Shown: positions 1 to 12,130 of the stretch, piece by piece
Layout of the letters: each line of letters opens with the position of its first letter
How positions within the stretch are numbered: the stretch's first letter is position 1
NCBI GenBank assembly: GCA_977030845.1
Contig: OZ365115.1
Span: 28,272,001-28,336,000, forward strand
Direction: 5' to 3'
Length of the DNA stretch: 64,000 bases
From: Fimbriosthenelais zetlandica
Lineage: Eukaryota
Made by a program: the position numbers and the translations under genes
Notes under the pieces: generated by a model
Told to the model about the DNA's origin: nothing
Database searches by the model: none
The model's input: only the letters and a program-made list of their open reading frames with translations

Positions 1-3000
1 CCATTTGCTGGAGCTGGAGTCCGGGTTCAAGTACACGAACCTGACGTACCAGCAAACGTAAGAGAGCAGGGTCAAGCTTTCTCACCCGGTACCAGAGGCT
101 TCATGGGTATCTCTATCATAGAGGTATGTATAAGCCGCACCTGCCTATAAAGCGCACCCCCTGGCCGCTCGGGTTAAAGTATCATGAACGTCAGGGCCCC
201 ATTTCAAAACAAAAATTAGCCATTGACTTAGCATTGCTAATTTTTCTTTTAAAATTGACCCCTGATACATTTTCTTCAACTATATGACCATATATCCTTG
301 TAATTAGTTCAGTCCCAAAGGTAGTCAGATTTCAATAGTAAAGGTCACAATCGAAGTGGTCTAAATGACAATTGATATGTCATATCAAATAGAATACTAT
401 CATGTATGAATATATGTACAGGAGATACAATAATGCCTCCCGGCTGCAGGGCAGAATTGTGAATTGTCCTATCAAATATTGACAATCTTCCCTACTTTTG
501 AATGTGACGATTCATAATGTCCCTTCTTGATATAATTTACACATAATAATGTGTAACCAACATCACACTGACATCATTTTCACCAAAGGATGTCACAATT
601 TCAGGTTGGCGATTTGGAACCGCCTTTTGGCGAGTGTAGAAATGGGAAGAGACTGAAAACCTTCAGTCGTTACACTAAACAAGCCTGTTTGGACGAGTGC
701 AAAGAAGCACATGTTGCCAAGGCCTGCAAGTGCCACCATAGCTACCGTGTTCCTGGAGTGAATGTAACCAGAGGTAAGACCTATCAATGAAAATGGCCTC
801 CAAATTACCTCTGGAGAGTAGAGATTAATGAAGCTCATACTGGCTACACTGTTACAAGATTACATTTTGTGGGGTAGTCCACTGAGTTTTTTTTTCTTTG
901 CGGGTGATGTGATCTCCATCAACTGATCTAAAAAATATAGACAAAATATTCGTCTTCGGGGAGAGTAAGACAGGCTCAAAATATAACCCGTGTGCTGTAA
1001 TACCTGAGAGGTATTAATAAAAATGGGTTACATACATTAAATTGCATTTGATCACATCGTGTATGGTTGATGCAAATACTGCATAGATCTCCAAATATTT
1101 TCTATTGCTTCAGGTGATTTGCATGTGCAGTACCCTGAATGCACTCTGGGCCAGCATTTGAGTTGTGTCATGCCAACTATTGGTAAGTATGAAAAGCCTT
1201 GTCAAAACTAAAAGCCACTTTTGAAAAAAACAAAAAACACTTAGAAAAGATTTTAGAAAATAACCCAATAATAACCCGGATTTGCCCAATAATTAAGATT
1301 AATGAAAGCATTCGCCGTATTTCACTGGGAGGGTTAATTGTGTCAAGTTTGAGTCCCAACTTTGGACGGGCATAATTCTGAAGTTGATTTGTAATTGCTA
1401 TTCCAGATGGCATGGATAAAATCAAGAGTACATGTGACTGTCCCCATGCATGTCAGAGAACCATTTACCAAAGCACAATATCCTATGCTTCTAATTCAAA
1501 CTTCGGTATGGATGGTACACTCGCAACTCTTGATAGAGAAAGCCTGAGTGAGAGATATCACCAAACCAGAGACACACGAGAAATGTTTGATCCATCCAGA
1601 AGAAATAAAGATATTCAGGAAGCTAAAAAGATGAAAGAACTTATCAATAAAATGGACATTTTACTGTCACTTCTACTACATAAAGGATTCCGCCTGAGCC
1701 ATTTTATAGATGCCAGGAGAAAGGAACTTGTCCAACGTATGGATTTCCATGTTCTAAATGGGCTAGAACACGTCAAATCACTAATTGAGCACTATTACAT
1801 CCATCCGTGGAATTATCTTGATGAAAGTCTCTTTCAAGCTCTGACAAGTGGCATTCGGGATTTTGTCACTGACTTTGAAATGATGACAAAACTTCTGCGG
1901 TCCGTGTATTTGGATGAAACTGCGCTTAATAAACAGTTATTGTGGAGCACTGTTGATAGAAATCTCAATATGCTCTCCTCCAAAGCTGAAACGGCTAAGA
2001 GAGAACTAACTAATGTATATAAAGCATATACCACTTCAAACCCAAACCTAATTCCCCAGCTGGGGAAAGTAAGTCTAACAAACGATGCCTTTTACGTACC
2101 TATGGATGTCCTGTTGATTGAACCTCAAAAACGAGAAGATTCCTACACCAATGCCATGGAGGTTTTAGACAATTACAAATATGAAATAGATGCATTGAGG
2201 AAACATGGAAATGACATAATATTGAAATCCAATATTTCTGAGAACATTAGTGATATGAATAATATCACTGCCAATTTCCTCATTGCTGCTAAAGATATAC
2301 ATAATCGAATTTATGAATTTAGTCAGCGTGTCGTCCATCAACCCACTTTTGTCCTGGATAATGCTGTTTTGAAATTTCAAGAAATTCAGACCCATTTCCA
2401 GTATGAATATAATGAGGTGAATCATGTAATACGTGCTGGACGACATGACATTAACCAACTAAAAGAAAAACACTGGGAGATAGTACATAATGTGTCGAAC
2501 ACTTATTCCCAGTATGGCCTGGCGAATAACGTAGATTACTTGTCCAAAAGTGACATTGTCAGTGTGTTCCTCTCAAGAGATTTAAAGGATGCCTTGACAC
2601 ATGTTAAAGAGTTGTTCTCTAATCTTCGGTTCAAAGCTAACAAATTATACCACACAAGCGAAAAACTACGAGACGCATCTCTTCGTGTCATTAGCACTAT
2701 GATGCAAGATAAGTATACAAAACCAATCTATGGTTTAATACATGAATATTTCACTCATTATAAAACATCTGGTTTAAATTCAACTCATTTCGAAGAGTGG
2801 TTCGCTTCCATGCTCAAAGAGGAACCAGAAATGATTAGGAAAATGACAGTTGAAGAGCTTGAAATGAGAACGAATGTTGATATTGCATCTCGAAATGTCA
2901 TGGAAAAGACCGCAGAGATGACATTGACTTTTAATGAATACATCAAATCAGACGCTGATATACGTTCGGATATTGGGAATAATTATGATGTGGAATTTTT

Positions 3001-3710
3001 AAGCACAGTGGAGGAAATTCAGCACTCTATGGAGCATTATGATAAAGCAGGAGAAATAGACTACACATTCCTCAAGTAAGATAATATAATATCAAATATA
3101 TGATTGTGTATTCAATTGTTAAATATTATATTTCGTCCTATTAATCTTATTCGGACTTAATTATCATTGTAGTAATATCTTAATTGTAACTGGTATCCGC
3201 TTATCTTTTCAAAACATTTACATTATAAAAACATTATCCTTTATTCTAATAGGGATAATTATCTTCATCTGGACATATACATGGACAAACTGATCTATGA
3301 GAAAATAAGCAAACACCAATCTTATAGTTTCTTCAACCTGCTCGGTGAGTCTTGCGGTTTCCAGTATTTAAAATCATTTTGATCTATTAATAAGGTATTT
3401 CAATATACGTTGCTCTGAGGTTTTATCTAATTGTCCGGTATTTATAATGTATAGTACATATTTAATTTCAGGTGATATTGGTGGGTCCCTCGGCCTCTTC
3501 ATCGGTGCTAGTGTGCTTAGTATATTTGAAATAGTTGACATCCTCTTCCTGACTTGCATCAAGGTGTCAAGAGTTAAGTTTATCGAGACTAAAATTAAGA
3601 AGATGAAGAGGAAAGGGGAAAGCTGCTCTCAGTACGCTGTGGACATGAAGGAGAACTTCCCAGAAAAAAATAATCCTGACAATGGTGGGGCTACAGAGCA
3701 AACGTGTTAA
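1..3710 (+). CDS. DEG/ENaC/ASIC-family sodium channel, 5'-partial; exons <1-123, 605-773, 1114-1182, 1407-3075, 3253-3344, 3472-3710
   Basis: All junctions are GT-AG and phase-consistent. Spliced peptide reads GVRVQVHEPDVP..PG..GISIIE|VGDLEPPFGEC..YTKQACLDECKEAHVAKACKC|..C..C|..CDCPHACQRTIY..|KDNYLHLDIY..|GDIGGSLGLFIGASVLSIFEIVD. This has the ENaC/ASIC thumb cysteines, the TM2 GDIGG motif and the GAS selectivity filter. Confidence 0.95.
1407..3075 (+). CDS. Giant internal exon of the channel gene, carrying a helical insert of about 520 aa
   Basis: Acceptor ttccag at 1406 and donor AA|gtaag at 3075. The exon is open for 555 codons, starts with CDCPHAC and rejoins the conserved beta strand KDNYLHLDIY in the next exon. 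Confidence 0.9.
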
Positions 3711-6700
3711 ACCGGATCACCCAACCTCCTCACGTCAATAGGAGGTGGGTACCAAACAACGGGATGCTTAGCCAAGGCAATCCTACCCCACCTGATCATC
3801 AAATAACTTCTGCAATTTGCTGATTCATTGACAATTATTCCATTGCGCCTGAATTGCTGTGCACTGAACTATATTTGTTGGTGGTGCACAGGATGGATTT
3901 CTTTTGTGGTATAAGCAAGAGAAGTGGACAAGAGTTAATTAGATTTATGGCAGGATTTGAAAGTGTTGTGCCTCGTCGGTACTCTTTAATCTATTGGCTT
4001 GAGCACTGCCTGGGAACTATTGTCGTTGCATTTGATGCAGAAAGATCGATGTAGAATTATATGATAAATCTACAAGTTTCTATTTGATTATCTTATTGTA
4101 TAGAATGTGATGATATCAGGCATAATGAAAAAGTCAATAAAAATACAATAAGAAATAATTGTCAGATACATTATTTAATCCTGATCACTGTCTTTTAAAT
4201 CTCAAAATATCAGAATAATTATGTTCTTATCTTTTCATTGGAAGATGGATTCTGTTATTTCTATCTCTCCTAAATTGGTCCAACCAGATTCAGGGGTAAA
4301 AACTGGGACGATCTTCTTGCGCTAAAAAGACGTCAATGACAGCTTGCCATTGTCATTCCCAACTCCCATTGCAATCGGATTCTGGCGATATAATTGGCCG
4401 GTCTAATTGGATGCTGGGCAGGGACTGCCATAAACAGTATTATTTTGTCACATTACATGGTGGTGAATGGCACCTGTGTAGGGACTGTTCCATAATAAAA
4501 AATGTTCCATCGGGAATTGGGAGACGTCAAGGGTCTGATGAAGTCTGAGGACTTGAGTTTTTCTTATTTCAAATTGAGGGACATAGTCTAAAATAGTCTT
4601 ATAATCTACAATAAACTCGACAATAGTTGAATTGCTTTCCTACGAGTACTTTTGACAATTTAATGGAGGCGAGAAGTAGAAGAGGGCAATATTTTTTGTA
4701 AGACAACCCCATTGGAGTCTTTCGTTGACTGCCATTTTCCGCTCACCATTCGAATGGAAACTGTGAATCAATTATTCTCCCTAAGTGTTTAAATGGATAA
4801 ATATCCCTCGGGTAAAAGTAAGTAGTGTCTAATTTAATATTATTTTGACACAGATTTATTATTTACAGGCCTGTCAATAGAACTTAGCATTATCTGTCAT
4901 CCCCCCTGACATTACCCTGCATTTAGTCCATACCTTTCCCCATAAGAACAGGGCCATTTCTTTTTCATGAGAGCTCAGAAGTTCCATTCCCCGAACAAAA
5001 CCCCATCACAACTCCGAGGGATTATATTCTGTCGCTACAGACTATACGCACAGCTGGTGGGGATCACATACGGCACAGATCAATACGCCATCTCTCATCC
5101 AATCAGTGGTCAGGAAATCTAAACCTAGCCTCGCTTTGGACCTGGCTTCCGGTCCCTCTGGTAGTTGTTATCAGAGCTGCCAGAGGGCGGGCATATTGAC
5201 CCGTTACAACAGTTTCATCGGGTGCAGGTACATAGGAAGTCTCTGTACTCTTTTCATTGATAATATAGTTTAGACATTTATCTGATATAATGCAGAATAT
5301 GGGAGGCTACGATCTTGGGAATCAGTTTTAAATTGTTATACCCTTATTTTTTTGTACCAGCTACTGGTCTGTGCAATCAAAGTCAAATTGAACGACCAAA
5401 AATTGCCTCTGATAGTTGGGAGGGTATACTTGCTCCCGCAGCATCCGTTAAAGCATGCAATGTCGATATGAAATTGAATTTAGATGAACAATCTTCAATT
5501 CAAATCGTGAGCACCTGTGCCTCATGAACATTGTCTACTATATTAACTATGAGCTGTCCAATACTACCACTGAGTACTCCCTTCCCCAAAAGCATAATTC
5601 GAGCAAAGAGGTCCTATCTCATGCTCAAATGATTCTAGGCTGCGGTACATTTACTTTAATAACGAACACTCTCAGCTTGTGTTGACCTAGAGTGGTATCC
5701 CCTATCTGTATCGTTCCCACGAGATGGCAATAGATGATTGCCATCATGGTTCCTATTATCCCACTCTTTTCTTCCCAGCTCTGAATTCCTAGCTCTGTGA
5801 GATAGCTGCTTTCGGGAGCTTGTAGTACACCAAAGTCTTGAACACACATCTAGGCTATATACTTGTATATTAAAGTTATTTTAAAGAAATTTATTCCTAA
5901 GGCCATAATTATAGGCCCTATATAATTTAGCTCATTGAAATAGTCAAGTGTTTTGTGTGAAAGCATGCTGTAAGGGCAACATTATTGGACTTTGTGGGGC
6001 CTTTGGTGCAGCTCCCGAAAGCATTCCCATTGATAGCTCCGGGTAGGCTCTGCTTGTAGTAATAAAGGACAACTCTTCATCAAGGGTAATGGATTAGAGA
6101 TCAAAGAAAATGCTTTTGTTCAACACCCACTCGGAAGACCACCAATCTACCAGCTCCCTGCCTGCTTAAAGGCTTTGTCTCATGCACGGTCCCCGAGTCA
6201 GTGAACACGACCAGCAGTTTCAGTGCTTGTATGCTCGGAAGGAATTGCTTCTGGATAATTTATTTGAATTTTGGAGTAATATAAATTAATGGAATTGTGA
6301 TTTGAGAATTTTAAGTTCTGTCATTTAAGATTCAGTCCTCAGCAAAACTAATTTAAGATGTTATATTTTCCAAATGTTTTATAGTCTCCCAACTGTTTAA
6401 TATCTTGAATTTTGCTTTCGAACCTTGATCTCCGTATCTCTCTTCTCTATTTCTGCTTAAATTGCTTAGTGTAAACAGAAATTCATGTAACCATTCCTGA
6501 ATGAATAGCTATGTTAACAAGTGCAGGGAACATTACAAAAACGGAGAGCATCTCATCACACAAGCTACTCTGATGACACCTTTCAGACCTCCTCTCTTTT
6601 AATTAACCTACTTTAACACGTTTCCTGATCGATGGACTCTTCTCTAAGAAACCCCCCACCATCCATCCTCCCTCCCATCCTGCCCTCCCTTGGACTCCCA

Positions 6701-9700
6701 CTCATATTAGCCCGAACAAGACTCTCTCCGCCCCCCCTCTCTCTCTCTCTCACTCCTTCCCCACCCCCCTCGACTCTCCCCTCATATATTAGCCAAAGAG
6801 CAGCCGACCTTCAAGGAGTCCTTCCTTCTCTACCTCACTCTTCCCTTCTCTTCTCTCCTTCCTCTCTCTGGTACAGGGAAATGTTCTCCCTCCCATCCTC
6901 TCAATTATATGCTATACTACCTCTAAAGATCTCTCTCTCTCTCTCTCCTTCTCCCCCCCGCCCTCTCTCTATAGCTACCTCTTCTAACCTTCTGTCCCTC
7001 TCTCATCCAATCTAAATTCTCTCTCTTCCGCCGTTTTTCTTTCACTAATTGACCACAGTTGGACTTCTTGCAGCCATTAGAAAACTCCCAGAAGCTGGGG
7101 AGGGATCATTATTCTTTCACGTCCGTTTTCCTCTTAGACGTTAGGTCAAACTGCACTATAAGCTTAATTAATTTGGCCAAAAAGCAGACCTCTCGTCGTG
7201 TATCTTTGCTCGAATAGGGTACATACATATACATGTACCTCTTCGCTTGGGTTCTTTTGCCTTTTCTAGCGATTTTTATAGGCCACAACTGCCACATCTG
7301 CCACACCCATCGCAGTTTACACTCGCGGCAGATGCGATATTTGTGACAGAAATTCAAATGGAAATATAGCTGCCAATCTCTATAATAAAGGGACCAAATT
7401 GTTGATTGATGACTTAATAACATCTTTCTGGGTTTGTGTTATTCCTTTGGCTGAAGCTATAGACCCTATAGGCGTGCAGACATGAAATGGAAATTAATTA
7501 CTTTCCATGAAAGTGATGGTGCATAAAAGGAATGAAATGGGTTTGAAATGTAAAGATCATGATGAATTAGACATAATATATCACTCTTCAAACCAAGGAT
7601 TCTGTCTACTTCTTTACTGTGAAAGGCTTAAGTTGTCGTCCACTGAAGTCTTCTCAGCATGCCTGAGCAAAGCCCAATGCCCCTCAAGGGACGGCCATTC
7701 TTCTCGGCGAATCTCGTTTGGGAGCGAGAACAGGCTGTCAGAAGGGATTATGGGTAAGAAAGATGTCCACGTGATGGCTGTATTGTGTTGTTAGGGAGAT
7801 GACATAAGCTAGCGTCTTCACCCTGTCAACTTACCTCTCAGGAATCTGTAGAGAATAGTCTGGGAAATGTCACAGACAATGTGATTGGACGAGGGCTATC
7901 ACGTGGAAAAAAGTAGCCAATGAGGAAGTGTGATGCATTGGAGGTCTGGGATTTAGGCTCAGGGATTCGCTATAACTGCTTTGGCATGTCCAAGTGCACT
8001 GGGGATGGGGAGTTGGGTGGGGTCTTTGAATAAGTTATGTTTTGCAAATCCCCACTCTTCAAACATCTCTTCTCCACCCTCTCCCACCCATCCTTGCTCA
8101 GACCACCCAGCCCTATATCTGGCCCCATCCGCAACACACCCACCCCAACCCCCAACCGCACCACCACCACAACCACACTCCAAACATCTCCTCTCCACCT
8201 TCATTTATTCTTAATTCTGAACCTCTTCCATGGGAATGATGTGGAAAAACAACCAATGATGAACTTCGATACCATGTTATATACATAGATGTGAAAATAT
8301 GAAAACATAAACGATGAAGAGTCAGATTCTATCAACAATTCATTAACCCTTGCTCGAAGTGGATGGGTTCTTGTCATTGCAACGAGTATCGTTGGTCAAA
8401 TGTTGTGAAGAATGGTCCTGTTGATTATGTACTTCAGGGGTTAAATTCTCAGCTATCCGTCCTGAATCTGGACCTGAACAATATCAGTGTCAAAACTCCA
8501 GGGAGCCAACACACGAGAGATGAGCAGGTCATGAATAGCTCATGAGCTGCACGCCTAATTAACCCAATTACAAAGGCTAATGGCTTTCATAATCAATAAT
8601 AACCAGACTTTCTAGGACTAAATGTTATTAAAATGACTAACAGTCTTCGATGGACAGACTAGACTTCAGGTTCTTGGACACTCTCCATTTGATCAATGCT
8701 TTGGGGCTGATTTCCAAGTCTATTTATGGATTGGTCAGTCAGATATATAATAGCTCACGATTGCATAATGTCGTTGGTTCAACCAACGTTGATATTGAGC
8801 CAAAGTTTGCATTCACTCCCTTGGTTAATTCATGTTCATTAATTAATCAGAGGTAGCCCTATCCAAAGTGGATGAATGCGTGAATTAAAGGCTTTTTTAT
8901 GTAAGGTGGACATCCATATTTAACAGGTGTTTAATATGGTAGCGATCTGATCACGAATCGGATTTGAAATCAGACGCAATTTTAACATGGACCTTATCCA
9001 TAGAACACTTCTATGCCTTACATATATAGAAAAAATAGCTCTTCAATCTGACCATGCATCAATAAATTTTAAAATACAAACGTTAAATGTTATAATGGAT
9101 ATTATCTGTTCATGCACTGCTTACTTCCCAATCCCATTCCTGGTATTCTTCTAATTACTACTAATGTAAATGATAATAAGATGTGGATGTGGTGGTTGGC
9201 GGGTGGTGGTGGGTGGTGGTGGTATTCCTTGTGGTGAAGGTGGTGGAAGAAGTGATGGTATGGAGAGAGAGATGATTCTAATAATGAGAATGGACGGTGA
9301 ATTATTCAGTATGATTTTCCTGCTCACGCCACAATAAGAACATGCCACAATAGAACCATCTCCTTCCTACTATCTCTCCACCAATCTTCTTGAGTTATTG
9401 TCCTACGTTGTAGTATGTACATGTATTATGTACCAATGCTAGGCCTATTTGGGACAATCCGTAATAAATTAAGTTATGAAACGGCTACAGAGTATATATA
9501 GTACAAGTGGAAATCTCAGGTAATGACTACAATGGATGTTATTTGAGACCTTTCTAAATTATCACTTGCTCCAGTTGTTATGTTACAACCGATAATTTTA
9601 AGCAGTTTTCTGTCAAAACCTGCAGTTATAGTTCATCATAAATCGTTGGGACACACTATAAGCAAACCATCAATGTACTCAATAATTTGCCATTGATTTC

Positions 9701-12043
9701 TTTTATCAAAGTGTAAGCAATAGTTAAGTACAATATGCCATTATTTTCCTTGATTTCAACAGTATGTCACTTTGCCCAGTTGCTCCCAGAACCAATGCAA
9801 TGTGCAAGCCATGGAAAAATGAAATTTATGTTATTTGCTGGCTTAGTGCAACCGAGCCTATTTTATATTCAATGAATCGGTGCTGTGTTGGTACCGGAAG
9901 CTTGGACTGGAGGGGAAATTGAGAATGAAGTTTATATGGACCCATATTGCCCCTCAAGTACGTGGTGCCTCGTGTAATTAATGGATTTCTATCAATTTGA
10001 GAGCCAGCCTTCAATATAAAACAGGAAGGAAGGAAGACTGCATCTCCTATATCTACTACAAAGAACTTGTTCTACCAGTCGGATTTTCCATTCCACTTTG
10101 CAGATGTTTATGCATATTATTTGCTATCATATACACTACGTGTACACTGTATTCAAATCTGATCATTGGACACTTACAACTTTGTCCAACCCACTTACAA
10201 CGTTTCAAATAGGTAATATAAACAGTTATAAATTTGATGTGCTTTCAAAGGGAAATTGGTACAATGAATAAAGGCCAGAAGCGGCAATTTAGTTTCCTTA
10301 TATAGCGGGTGATTTGAAGACTGAGACATGCAGATTTCTAAAGCCAAATACTTATAGACATGAAAGACAAAGGAGAACGGGTGGGAGAGGGGAAGCTGTC
10401 GAGAGCTTAAAGGCACATAGATTAATCAGGTGCACTATGTATTGGCTTCAGATTTTTCACTCTATAATACAGTCTTAGTGCAGCACTCCAAAACGAGGAA
10501 AATGATGGATGGAGGCGGCCCTCTAATACATCTGCTGATGTCAGTCTTGAAATAAGGGCATTTCAAGGCTAAAAATGCTCGAATATCCCCATAGTTTCTC
10601 CAGGCTACTATAGCAGATTTTGTAGAGATGTATGTCAAATGCAGTTTTGATCTGTGTGTATTTTTTTCGAAGCATGGATGACATTCAATAAGTATTTATC
10701 ATTGAGCCTTCCATCCACCCTGGAATGTTTTGAATATTAGGTCTATTTATGATTAATTTATGAAGTAGATAACTAGACCTCTATAGGGACAAGTTACAGA
10801 AGCTATAATTGCATTACACCTATCTAATTACGAAACTTCATGCTGATAGGAAGCAATGGCGCTTAATCCAATTTTACAATTCCTCTATTCCTAACCAGTC
10901 AGAAATAGAGAATTGTTGTCCCTGTTACACAAGTTAGTATTGTACATATCTTAAAAGCCAATAACTAATGTTTCACAAACAGTAGATAAATAAAACCCAA
11001 TTTTTCTATGTAACATAGCATGCTGTATTTACTAAAGAAAACCTATGGGTTTGAACAGAATCAATAGAGGGATGAATCGATGAGTCCTGATTGTCCAAAT
11101 GACAGGGTGTTCTATTGATTTTTAACCCTTTCCCTCCTCTGTCAGTTTGTCAGTCGATCTGTCATCATGTCAGTACATCAGCTTGATCCTTGTCATGTTG
11201 GTGTTCACCTAATCGCCCATGTTACATCCCATGATCCTGACACTCTGGACTATTAGATCTGCTTATGGAGGCCCAGTGACAAATTGCATTGCTCCTGGGG
11301 CAGCCAATGCACAATCATGATTACAAAATAACCTGAATTATCACTGTAGTAGCCAGATTGGGAGCTTTTCTCCTGGAGGACACACCTATTCGGCAAATAT
11401 GCTAAGAAAATATTAAACGATGTTGACCATTAGTGGTCTTGCATACTTCATTCCAACAATCCCTGAATTATACTAAAAATATCCCTGAATTATTGTCTTT
11501 CAATAATATTCAGAAATTCGATTAAAAGTGTGTATAGGCCTATTATATCATCACTGAGGTACCGAGGCAATGATAGTCCAATTCTAGCAAACCGACATAA
11601 ATTGCACCAGAGGGACATTTTAGGTGTTCGGGACAACTTGGTCATGACCTAGGCATTTAGCAGACACGATGGTCATTCAGCTGACCTATAGGTCAGACTA
11701 CAATAGAGACACAGACTACAGAAAAGCCTGCCCACTTCTGCCAATGTTAGGGAGGCTTTATGAGCATGGCTAATGCTTATTCATCAGGGCTTGTATAAGG
11801 AACTGGATCTGGGACCTTTCCCGTGCATAACATTATTTGTCTTGCATTACTCAATGATGACTCGAACATTGCTGATATTCGACTTACTGAATCAGGCTAC
11901 AGAGAAATGTAATGTTAAATGTCAGTGACCATTGTGACGGTAGATCTGGTTCTATTATAGATCTAGAAAATAAAGTATCTATCCATCACCCTAGATATTG
12001 ACAGGCATTTTGCACCCTCAAGGACATTGTTGTTTATATATCT

Positions 12044-12130
12044 GGGGCCTTTTTCAAAAGAAACAGTAGCTTAGAAGAGCATATAGTACAATTTCAAATA
12101 GTATCGCAACTTTGTTCTGAAACAGGCCCC
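12044..12130. mobile_element. Short MITE-like element, GGGGCC.TTTCA...TGAAACAGGCCCC family
   Basis: Terminal inverted repeats flanked by CTG on both sides. The same termini occur at 43871-43939, 56769-56836 and 57009-57077, with partial copies near 194-240, 50836 and 59578. Confidence 0.6.

Noticed and set aside
1412-3079. Stand-alone 555-aa single-exon gene
   Set aside because: It is bounded by an acceptor at 1406 and a donor at 3075 that overlaps the apparent stop, and it is in phase with channel exons on both sides.
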